NCBI GenBank assembly: GCA_951406725.2
Contig: OX597815.1
Coordinates: forward strand, 68,696,001-68,760,000
Direction of reading: 5' to 3'
Length of the DNA: 64,000 nucleotides
From: Octopus vulgaris
Lineage: Eukaryota
The notes under the pieces are model-generated. The model had not been told where the DNA came from, made no database searches, and saw only the letters and a program-made list of their open reading frames with translations. Both the position numbers and the translations under genes were made by a program. This document shows positions 1-11,040 of this stretch, one piece after another. How positions within the stretch are numbered: position 1 is the stretch's first letter; every line of letters starts with the position of its first letter.

Positions 1-178
1 CTTAGCAGTATTTCGTCTGCTGTTACGTTCTGAGTTCAAATTCCGCCAAGGTTGACTTTGTCTTTCATTTTTTGGAGTCAATTAAATAAGTATCATTTTT
101 GCACTGGGGTTGATGTACTCGAACTTTGTCCTTATTTGTCCCCTCTATGTTTAGCCCCCTGTGGGCAATAAAGAAATA
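1..178 (+). mobile_element. tRNA-derived SINE, family A (5' end cut by window edge)
   Basis: B-box GAGTTCAAATTCC, central GACTTTG.CTTTCAT motif and 3' tail AGCCCC.TGTGGGCAATAAAGAAATA; clearly homologous to copies at 52070-52302 and 62368-62598. Confidence 0.85.
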
Positions 179-656
179 ATTATATGAATATAGTTTTCAT
201 GAGATACAAACAAACAGGAAAGGTGAAGGAGCAAGAATTCTGAAACAATTTGCATTTAGTTTCTTATAGTATAGCTAAATAATAATTGCTTTAGATTAAT
301 ACAGAAGAAACCAATCAAAGGCTAGCCAATACAAACAATTTTCAGAACCAAATATTGATAGGTGTAATTTCTTTGGTTTTTTTTTTGGTTTTTTTAGATG
401 TGGTTATAATTTTTTAAATCAGCAATATAAGGATCTGATTTCTCAGAAAGAAATTTCGATAGAATTTGGAATTCAGACAATTTCCCACCAACTGTTTTCC
501 GGTGCAGTCATATAGTGTGAATACACACACATATATACACAGATATATTTTATACACACATCAGATCCTGTCAAACTGCCCAACTTATGCCAACATGGAA
601 GACAGGCATTAAATGATGATGAGAAGGCAGATATGTACATACATGCACACAATATA

Positions 657-2628
657 TACAGGGTTATTCAAAAAGAAAGAGCAGGTTTCAGATTTATTTT
701 TAAAACAAACGGTAAGAGACAAACACATTCTACATATTTCTTGATAGGGGAAGGTTTAACACGATCAATTGAATAAAATAATATTTTAATTTTGCTTTAA
801 TGTTTCATTTTGTTCATTTTATTTAAAGTTGTATAGTTTTCATTTGTGTAATCGCTTAGAAAATGGCAACGCCACAAGAAAAGTCTTTTTGCGTGCTGCA
901 GTTTGAGAAATGCGAATCAATTGTGCAAGTGCAAAGTGAATTTCACCGCCAATTCAATAAGAATCCACCTCATCACAAGCAAATTTATGAAAGGCATAAA
1001 AATTTCACAGAAAAGGGTTTCGATGTTTTGATGTTTATCGAGCAACACATGGTGCTCATGTTGAATGCATACTACCTTAAAATAAACTTTAAACCTTCCC
1101 CTACCAAGAAATATGTAGAACGTGATGACCTTGCTCTAATTGCTGAGTCACTATCAGAACTAGAGGAGAAGTTTCAGGTGTTGAAGCGAGGATTAAAATC
1201 TAAAACCAAAATCCTCATAAGTAGGAAGGTAGACAAACCACAAACCCCTTCAGGTAGATGACTCTGCTCGATCTGCAGAAAAGGCGTAGGTAGAAACTCT
1301 ATAAGATGTACCCAGTGTAAGCTATGGACACATAACAGGTGCAGCAATATCAAAGGAAGGCTAACTGGGAAGATAGTTTTTGTATGTGGCAGATGCTCAG
1401 GAGCAATAAACAGTGAAAATGTGCAGAGAACAACTTCCGCCACATTCCAGGGAGAAAAACTAGAAATAGTTGATAGCTTCCGTTACCTAGGTGACCAAGT
1501 CAGTAGTGTGGGCGGGTGTGCTGAAAGTGTAACTGTTAGAATAAGAATAGCCTGGGCAAAGTTCAGAGAGCTCTTAACTCTGCTGGTGACAAAGGGCTTC
1601 TTGCTCAGAGTAAAAGGCAGACTGTATGATGCATGTGTGCAAACAGCCATGCTACATGGCAGTGAAACATGGGCCGTGACTGCTGAGGATATGCGTAAGC
1701 TCGCAAAGAATGAAGCCAGTATGCTCCGATGGATGAGTAATGTCAGTGTACATACTCGACAGAGTGTAAGTTCCTTGAGTGGACCTAAGAAGCATCAGTT
1801 GTGGTATGCAAGAGAGATGACTGTGCTTGTATGGTTATGTGGCAAGAATGGATGAAGATAGCTGTGTGAAAAAGTGCCACACCCTGGCACTTGAGGGAAC
1901 CTGTGGAAGAGGTCGACCCAGGTAAACCTGGGACAAGGTGGTGAAGCATGACCTTCGAACATTAGGCCTCACTGAGGCAATGACTAGTGACCGAGATCTT
2001 TGGAAATATGCTGTGCATGAGAAGACCCAGCAGGACAAGTGAGACTATAGCCCATGGCCTTTACCAGGATGTAGCCAGCCCACTTATGCATACCTTTCCT
2101 TCTTTGGACACAAAACTCTGCTTGCGAAGACCTGTTGAGGCAAGTGAAATCGAAATTGAACCAAATTCGATGACTGGCCAGTAGAGCACTAACAGCTCCA
2201 TCCCAAGAGAGATCACTGCCAGAGCAGCTGTCTGGCTCGTAAAGAGCACCATTTGAGCGTGATCATTGTCAGCGTCACCTCACTGGCACTTCTGTCGGTG
2301 GCACGTGAACAAAACACCATTTTCGAGCATGGCCGTTGCCAAGACTGGCCCTCGTGCTGGTGGCACATTAAAAGCACCCACTACACTCTCAGATGGTTGG
2401 CGTTAGGATGAGCATCCAGCTGTAGAAACTCTGACAGATCAGATTGGAGCCTGGCGCAGCCATCTGGTTCGCCAGTCCTCAGTCAAATCGTCCAACCCAT
2501 GCTAGCATGGAAAGCGGACGTTAACCGATGATGATGATGATGATGATGATGATGATATGCTTGTGTCTCTTACCATTTGTTTTAAAAATAAATTTAAAAT
2601 CTGCTCTTTCTTTTTGAATAACCCTGTA
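657..2628 (+). mobile_element. Internally deleted Tc1/mariner DNA transposon (DUF4817-type HTH) with ~100-bp TIRs, split by an RTE insertion
   Basis: Left TIR TACAGGGGTTATTCAAAAAGAAAGAGCAG...GGGGAAGGTTTA (657-758). Right TIR is split into 1090-1121 and 2557-2628 (...CTGCTCTTTCTTTTTGAATAACCCTGTA), TA at both ends. ORF start MATPQEKSFCVLQF..SIVQVQSEFHRQFNKNPP is typical of DUF4817 transposases; remnant C-terminal YRATHGAHVE in another frame. Confidence 0.85.
1122..2556 (+). mobile_element. RTE-clade LINE, 5'-truncated, with 3' UTR and (GAT)n tail
   Basis: Translates DDLALIAES..., Cys cluster, FRYLGD, RIRIAWAKFREL, LHGSETW, MLRWM; interrupted by stops/frameshifts; ends in ATGATGATG tail shared with other copies. 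Confidence 0.93.
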
Positions 2629-2887
2629 TATTGTCCATCATTGACAAGGCCAAGGAAGATTGATTGAAGTCAGCACTGGAGGTGGCAGGAATTTATCTCC
2701 CTGCCTGCTATATAAACAAGAGTGTATTTTGCACCAAAAAACCAATATAAGTGTTTCTCTCGTGGTATCTACTGCAGTATAGTTTGTTCTAACAGAACAT
2801 CCACATTTAAGTGAGAATAAATATTACCTTGTGTTCCTGTTGCTAATATATATATATACACATACATATGTATACATACCTACATAT

Positions 2888-2926
<39 letters not shown>

Positions 2927-2956
2927 CATATGTATACATACCTACACATACATACA

Positions 2957-3160
2957 TACAAAAGAGTACTGATAGTTCCTGGCTTTAAAAGTATCATGTG
3001 CAACCTTCCGAGTATTTTTACAGGGCTTAAAAAAATTGAAGGGCTGCTGCAATAAGTGTGTGAATCAGAGAGGGAGAATATGTTCAACAAAATCATAATT
3101 AACTGATCCTCCTATAGTTTGTTATGTCCAAAGTCAGGAACTTCTCAGCACCCTCTCGTA
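2957..3160. mobile_element. Mariner-derived MITE
   Basis: Imperfect ~30-bp TIRs: TACAAAAGAGTACTGATAGTTCCTGGCTTT versus reverse complement of right end TACGAGAGGGTGCTGAGAAGTTCCTGACTTT; TA termini. Confidence 0.7.
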
Positions 3161-3188
3161 TATATTTGTGTGTGTGCTGTGGTGAAAT

Positions 3189-3580
3189 TGTGACACCCAT
3201 GTGGGACAGAAAGTCAATTGTCCTAAACCGTATAAAGGAGCGTGCACACTGTCAGTGAGTGACAGTATGGCATATGCAGGTACTTTGTGAAGATAGTCAT
3301 AGAAGTCGTTGAGAAGAGATATTGTTTATTATGTGTTGTTTCTGGTTGATATTTGTATTGTTATAATCTGGTTATAAGTCCATGTTATAAAGTGACATAT
3401 ACAGTGAATTTGAAGGACATAATAGTGTCAACAAGACACAACAGTGGTGACGAGACATTCGAAGCTCATGGTGGAGGTTCTTAGCATGGAAGACCTATCA
3501 GCTTCCATAGTTCAGTTGCAACGATAACTACAGCAGCAACAAGAACAACAGAAACAACAAGAACATGTACAACAGCAACT
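3189..3580 (+). mobile_element. LTR retrotransposon remnant (LTR, primer-binding site and start of a Gln-rich gag-like stretch)
   Basis: TG...CA bounded ~255-bp segment ending at 3443, followed directly by GTGGTGACGAG (Gypsy-type PBS TGGCGACGAG), then ATG and CAG/CAA-rich codons. Confidence 0.5.
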
Positions 3581-4294
3581 GTGGCGGTACAATGGCCCAG
3601 TGGTTAGGGCAGTGGACTCACGTTTATAAGAACGTGGCTTCAATTCCCAGACCAGGCATTGTGAGTGTTTATTGAGCAAAAACATCTAACTCCACAAGGC
3701 TCCGGCAGGGCGGGGGGTGAACCCTGCTGTACTCTTTCACCACAACTTTCTCTCACTCTTTCTTCCTACTTCTGGCACAAAGCAGAGGAACCATGGTGTA
3801 ACCCACTATGGTGTGGTAAAACTTTCAGACCCTAGTCTAGATCGCGAATCCTCTGTACCCCAGGATGGTTCAGGATGTGTGTGTGTGTGTGCTTTTTTTT
3901 CTTCTATGCACGGGACATAAACACATCGACATTGGTTGTCAAGCGACGTTGTTCATTTCCGATCTTCTATGGAAACACGTCAGGCCATGAGGAAACATGA
4001 GGGTTGGCAATGGGAAGGGCATCCAGCCATGTAAAAATCTGCCTCAGCAAATTCCATCTAACCATGCAAGCATGGAAAAGTGGAAGTTAAAACATCAATG
4101 AAAACCTTTCTATGATTTTCATAGCCCAATCTAACAATCTGATATCTCTACAATTTCCTCTCTCTAAAGCATTTCCTTTGTCCTTCCAGTTGTTTGCGAT
4201 GATACTGCTATTTCAGTCATTGGGTATGGCACCTCTTTGTATTAGCTGACTGGCTATATAAGTGATTAGCCAATGCCCTACTGCACCAGATATT

Positions 4295-4522
4295 TTAACC
4301 CTTTAGCATTGAAACCAGCCATATCCAGCTCAATCATTCTGCCTGTTTTATGTTAAAACTGCCCAGATCCAGCTTCTCACACCTACCCTACAATGTCATT
4401 CTGAAAATAAATAATCACATCATTGAAATCTCAAAGTTTCAAGATAATGCACAATTAAGTTGAAACAATACGAATAAATAAGTATTACATTTGACAGAGT
4501 AATCGGAATGCTACAGGGTTAA
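4295..4522. mobile_element. piggyBac-like MITE (family 1)
   Basis: TTAA at both ends; TIRs TTAACCCTTTAGCATT / AATGCTACAGGGTTAA. Confidence 0.75.
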
Positions 4523-5717
4523 ACATATCAACAACTAACTCTAATGAACCAACTGCTTTACTGCTTTTACATCCTTAATCCCTCTATCTACTACACTGCT
4601 GACAACCTTATTGTCTGGTTATTTTGTAGAGTCTTTTGGGGATAGACTCTACCCGTCCATGTATTCTCCACATAGTCATGCTCCCTTGCCTGTTTCTCTT
4701 CATTGTCAGTAAGAGCAAGTGTGGTGTTATCATTCTGTACACTTTTCTCACATCTCAATTCTCTCTAATATACCACCTAGCAAACTCAAACAGCTCATAC
4801 CTCTCATACAGAACATGTGCAAACCTCTTTCTTTCTGCTTCTCCCCTTACTAAATATACCTGGTGTCCAGCTTCTCTTTAAGTTGTTTGATATTTTTCTT
4901 TGCTACCCACTTTCTTCCAGGTTTTCCAAGCCAGTCTTTTAGTGTTTATGATTCTATCTACAACACTAGTTGAGTGGGAATTTGTACCAGATCTGGTCAT
5001 TAATCTCATAGAAACTTCCAGTTTTTCTCTTTCTCTTATAAATCATTACTTCTTCCTCCCTTCTGTGGTAAGCATCAAAATTGAACTTTGATAAATCTAT
5101 GACCAGACAAGGACTTGAAAACAACTTTCAAATAAGTTCTGAGTAACCAGATGAAGCTTTTGACAACACTGACAAATTTCCACTCACCTTATACATTGGG
5201 GTACCACCTGGACAACTCATCACTATTATTTTTTTGCAGCTACACTGATTCATTATTAATCTCTCCCCTAAATGTCAGTAGCCATCTAGCTCCTCTACAA
5301 TAACAACCTGCTCTACCCTTCTCCCTTCTCTTGTACTTTGAATCTAATCTCTTAGCATAAAGTCACTCTCACCTCAGGTTTTGTGGTCGTCTGAGCTGCA
5401 TAGCAACCACACTAGTGCCAGTAGCATGAGGAAAGCACCCAGTAAACACTGCAAAGTAGTTGCTGTTAGGAAGGGCATCTAGCTGTAGAAACTACATGAA
5501 AGCAAACACTGGAATCTGATACAAACTTTGGACTCATTGGATCCTATCATATCATCCAACACATGTTAGCATGGAACATGGATGTTGAATGATGATGATA
5601 ATGATGATCTAGTCTTATTCAAGAAAATAAAGCTTACATTAGTGTACATGTACAACAAAGAGGTATTACATACAATTAAACAGAGATAATGGAATAGGTT
5701 ATAATGGATTTACTCAC

Positions 5718-5861
5718 TTCAGCTGAGCAGATATTTCAAGAGCATAGTTTCCAATGTCAACTCCAGCATTTTTCAGTTGAAGCAATGCTGTTGGGCCAAG
5801 TACTTTATCAATGCCATTTAAAAATGCCTTTTGGTCAAATACCCATTGATCTTTGCAAGCT
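5718..5861 (-). CDS. GOLM1: GOLM1/GOLM2-like gene, coding exon 4 (144 nt, phase 2 to 2): (K)ACKDQWVFDQKAFLNGIDKVLGPTALLQLKNAGVDIGNYALEISAQL; gene continues left of window
   Basis: Acceptor ttttccttgtag|, donor AA|gtgagt; the only open frame matches the phase left by exon 3. Confidence 0.8.
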
Positions 5862-7131
5862 CTACAAGGAAAACAATATAATTTTATGTATTTAGCTTAA
5901 AATACCAGCAATCACTGACATTTATTCATTTATGAAAAGTTTTGTTTAAAACTATGTAAATGGGTTAATTGATTGGCTGATTTTAGAAACAATATCAAAA
6001 TTAGTTCCATTCCTTACTTTACAGACAGAATTTACAACTAAACAGTAATGATAAAATAAAACTTTGTTCCAGATGACTTTTGTGATTATCAGAAAAATTA
6101 AAATATTTTCAAATTTAAGTAAAGTAATAACCATCCATCAACCTTCAAGGCAACAAATAACTCTTGGATATGACATGTGCTCTTCCAAATAAACTAGAGT
6201 GAATTCTGCTGAAGGTATCAGTTGAGGGAATAAGTTTACCACCCCAATGGTCTATGGTAGGATTTGAACTCAGAATATAAAGAACTAGAACAAATATCAC
6301 AAGATATCTGGTTCAACATTATAACAGCTTCACCAGTCCATTGTTTTGGAATGGTATTTTTCTTTTTATCAACTCTGAAAGGATAAAAGCAAAGTTTAGA
6401 ACAAATACAGTGAGGTATTTTGCCTGATGAAATATTTCCTGGTTCTGTAGAGGAAGATTAGTTTTGGGGATTCAGTTTTGGCTATGTCATGAATGTGAGA
6501 TCACTTGTAGTAGATGGGAGCTACTAGTGCTGGTACCATGAAAAAAAGCACCCAGTACACTCGATAAAGTGGTTGGCATTAGGAAAGGCAACCAACCATA
6601 AAAACCATGCCAAAGCAGACACTAGAACATAGTGCAGACCTCTGGCTCACTGGTCCTTATTGAACCATCCAACCTATGCCAGCATGGAAAAAGGGGGCAT
6701 TAAATGCTGATAATAATATTGTGGCCAAGGATACAGTGAAACACTAATAACAAAATAACCAAATGCAAACTTCTTAGTCACTTGTCCAAAATTCTATAAA
6801 CTCAACCATTCTAAATCAGTATGAGATAACCCAAAGAATTGTTAAACAATAACTTTTCATATATATATATATATATATATAATGATGCAGTTGCTTTTCT
6901 TTATTGCAATGAAAGTGGCCAGTTTCCATAACTTTCAAATGCAGATTTACAGACTGGGAAAGAAGAGGTAGATGAATGAAGTTAGTGTGGTTAATGCTGC
7001 AAGTTATTGATTGGAGTGGGAACACAAATAGGAATGGATGATTGCAGAAAATGTTTATCTTAGAGTTATGCAGGATATTTAATGTGTTCAGGAAGGAGTA
7101 ACAGAGAGGCTGCAAGGAAGGAAAAACAGAT

Positions 7132-7360
7132 TTAACTCTTTCGTGACCAACCCGGCTGAAACCAGCTCTGGCTCTGTAATGTAAATGTCTTGTTTTCATA
7201 AGTTTTTAATTAAAACCTTCCATGAAACCTCAGTCACAATTACTGTTCCTAACTCTAGCTGAATGATAACTAAGTTATTTTACAAAATTCTTTGTTATAT
7301 CTAAAATAATTGAGAGGAACACAGAGCATCTCAAAATAAATACAGTAACGAAAGGGTTAA
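7132..7360. mobile_element. piggyBac-like MITE (family 2), 17 bp from the exon 3 donor
   Basis: TTAACTCTTTCGTGAC ... GTAACGAAAGGGTTAA TIRs with TTAA ends; related copies near 8400-8818, 33038-33230 and 50230-50441. Confidence 0.75.
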
Positions 7361-7377
7361 GGAAAGAAATAACATAC

Positions 7378-7426
7378 TTGCAAGTTTCGGCATTGACACC
7401 AGTTGGTTGGTTAGCTTTCAGCTCCT
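7378..7426 (-). CDS. GOLM1: GOLM1/GOLM2-like gene, coding exon 3 (49 nt, phase 1 to 2): (E)ELKANQPTGVNAETC(K)
   Basis: Acceptor tttttcttgtacag|, donor AA|gtatgt; phases fit both exon 2 and exon 4. Confidence 0.8.
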
Positions 7427-9469
7427 CTGTACAAGAAAAACAATATTGACAAATATGAAAACAGTGGTACCTTCTTAGACACTCATACACATATGCATGC
7501 ACACAAATGCATGTTGAAACATGAAAACACACCATACATACACAAAGTAGTACATGCTGATATTTTTAAAGATTTATTTGGCAGTAATAATTTATCAAAA
7601 TATCTGAATGTGTAAAACTTTTCGACTTACATCATCACAGAAAGCTAGCTCTACAAGTGTTATAAGATAGAAATGTAAAAATATGTAACAGACATTGGGG
7701 CTCTCAACATTCTTCCAGTTCATCAGCTCCTGTTGAACCATCCATACTATGCCAGCATAGAATACAGTCATTTCATGATGATGATGATAAGTATAGTTAT
7801 TTTATAAAGTTAATACCAGACATAAAATAATGAGGTGGAAAAGGCCAATACATTGGATTAAATGTATTGCAATACTTAGTTCCTCTCCCCAATACACTCC
7901 TGCAACCTACAGAGCCACATATCTCTCATCCTTCTGTTTACTGTATCCTTATTATTATTCTGCTGCTTTCTATCCTTTTTTTCTCCACTGTCAGTCATCT
8001 TCCACTCCTTGTCCACAACTTACTACACCCATCCTTCAACCCTACCCAATCTTTACAATTGATGCCAACTTCCTCTCACCTATTCCTCACCTTCACTCAC
8101 CTATACACTCTTTCAACCTCTACTCATCCTCACTCTGGTTTCTTCTGTCCCCACTCACTTCTACAGAACACATACCTTCAGGGTCCACCTAGATGTGAGA
8201 AGACCCTTCCCCCACTCAGGCGTTAGTCTTGGGAGAAAATTCTCTTGAGCAGTAATTCCAAATATGAAATAACTTGGACCATATTGACCCACTCAATCCA
8301 TGCCAACAAGGAAAGTGGATGCAAGATAATGATGATGATCTATGTTCTCACATTGTAGTTCAGAGTCAGTGGTGTTCACAATTCTACTTCACTTAGAGGT
8401 TAACCAGTTGCTCTATTATTTAACTGTAATTTCTTATGCAAAGAAATTTTTATATTTAGCCCTGTTGAACTACACTGCTTTTGTTTCAATTAATTTTGAA
8501 AATAATAAGGAATTTAGTAGAATAACTTTGTCGTTATTAAGCTGGTGTTTGGAACAAAACCTTAAAATGGAATTTTGTTGTAGGATTTTAATTCAGATCA
8601 CTTTAAAGTTTTTGTTACCATATTTCTGTTAAAATTCCCTGCTGTGGTTTCAATTAATTTTGAAAATAATGAGGAATTTAGTAGAGTAAGTTTGTCATAA
8701 ATAAGCTGACAGTTGGAACATAAATTAACATGGCATTTCACATTTTAAATGACGGTTTTATTTAAATGACTTTACAAACAGAGATGGCTTCAAGTGGGTT
8801 GGTTATCAAAAGGGTTAATCTTAAATAATTGTAGCAGTTTTAACAGAATGAATTAATTCCTATATTTTTTATGTGTTATAGCACAGATGGTCTTATTCTT
8901 AAGTATTGACTGAGAAATCATTCCTTCTTCTAGCCACAAATTAGTTGAAATCACGATTCTTCATGATTGCTCAGCTGTTGCAGTGATTATTTTCTCACAG
9001 GTGTCTAATTGCAAATTTAAATGTAAAACAAGTCGAGAACTATAGTCTTACAAAGAGTTAGTTGCTATGCTATATGGCATGTTGCATAATGTTATGGCAC
9101 ATACAAACAATGTGCATATGGGAAACACTTCTAAAACCATAGAAATCTCTGTTAACACCACAACCAGCTTTGGTGATGATAGGGATGCATCAATGACAAG
9201 GATTTCCCAATGATATTAAAAGCAAAAAAAAAGTTGATGAATTTTTTGTTAATTAGGTATGACTGAGTGGTTAAGGAGTTCACTTCTCGAATCACATGGT
9301 TAGCATGACACTTTAGATATTCTACAGTCCTAGGATGATCAAAGCCTTGTGTGAATAGATTTGGTAGACGGAAACAAAGTTCACACGCACATGCGTGCAT
9401 ATACATACACACTACATAGACATATATACATATATACATACACACAACATACATACATATATATATATA

Positions 9470-9610
9470 TTATTAATACTTAGCAGAAGCAACAGAGTAA
9501 CTCAAGGGCTGAATTTCATACATTGGCGCTTATCAAACACTTCAATATGTACCAATGCACAAAACTCTTGGCCCTTGAGTCACTCTGTTGCTTCTGCTAA
9601 ATATTAATAA
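9470..9610. repeat. Fold-back (hairpin) element, copy 1
   Basis: ~57-bp arms TATTAATACTTAGCAGAAGCAACAGAGTAACTCAAGGGC.../...GCCCTTGAGTCACTCTGTTGCTTCTGCTAAATATTAATA; second copy at 49066-49188. Confidence 0.85.
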
Positions 9611-9749
9611 AAATATACATACATATATATATATAAGTTGTTATAATAGTTCCTCATCAGAACCATAATTTTCTCCAGTATATAAAAGATGTCCATTGCT
9701 TCTATCAACAATTTATGTGGTACAGAACCATAACCATTAGCCACATCCA

Positions 9750-11040
9750 GCCAACATTCAAATCCCTTTTATTTTCCTTCGCATCTTGTATCACATCTCA
9801 GATTAAAGATGCATGTTCGACACACCAAGAATTCTGGGGATTTCAGCCTTCTGGACACTTTCAGTCACAAATCCATTATCTTGTAGATATGTGGCTGTTC
9901 TCTTAACAAGTACACCCATGTAAACCTTATCATTCACACTCAGGATTAAAACTGGTCTGAACTGGCTAATCCGTTCTGCTTCAGCTTCTTTTGCTAAGTA
10001 AACTCTTTCTGCCTTGCACCAGTCATAAACCAGTTCATCTTTACACTACAACTCTCTAAGTAGCAGGTAAAGCTGGTCACATAATTGAATACAATACTTG
10101 TACACTTTCTATGGCACTCCACCTCCTGCTGCACTCTTTGCTCTTGCTTTTTTCCAAAATATGTCTACTTCTTTCCTGCCTAAATCATCAACTTAAAATT
10201 TGATTCCTGGTTTCATTAGGCATTTCAAACCATTTATGAGTGGGAATGTTTGATCTCACTTTGGGTCACTGTGTATCTCCTGTATATGCCTATCCAGTTC
10301 ATCTTTAGTGCATTTTAGCCTGCTACTCTTATCCACAACAAACAGCTTCCTTGTAACCTCATAAGAGTTAAGGAACTGCTCTCTTGTCTGCTTATTTTCC
10401 TTTCTTCTTTTAATGCATGTGTTATCTATTTGCATGTTATGGCACTTTTTCTTTAAGTCTTCCTTGTCCTTGAGATTGGCCTGTTTCTACAGCTTCCATA
10501 AGATTTCTCTTTTTAACTGTTTCATCTGTCTTTTGTATCTGCTTTTGCTGGGCTTAGCAAATAGCTTATTACCACCCTCCTTTACACCAAATAACTTGAA
10601 ATCTCATAGATTGTACTTGCAACCTTATTCAGCGTGTCTTAGGTTGACTCCATTTTATGGAGCATCTTGCACACTTTCTTTCTAAATTTCTTGTAACTGG
10701 CCTTCTTATTTGCAGCTGGCCACAAAACCTTTGGTTTCTTCATCGTCTCATCTGGTGAAGAGGCATCTTGACCTAAAGACTTTGAAGGAACTGCAGTTGA
10801 AGCATTTATCAATCCACTGTGGTTTGACTCCTGGGATGATTTGCTTCATATTTGACAGTCAAATGACCAACACTGTTTTGATTTCTTCAAACACTTCTTG
10901 CTCTGATGGATCTTCAATCCAATTTGGATACCAAATGTTTTATGGTATTGCCTGCACTTGTAGCCACTTCCAGTCTCATCTATATTCCTTTGTATTAGAC
11001 CTATTTCCAATCTAAAGTGTGTATTATCTTGAATACCCAT
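9750..11040 (-). mobile_element. Highly degenerate LINE (endonuclease to RT region) fossil
   Basis: Purine-rich, Lys/Arg/Trp-rich minus strand with many stops, as expected of decayed LINE ORF2; no intact motif, so family not assigned. Confidence 0.4.
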
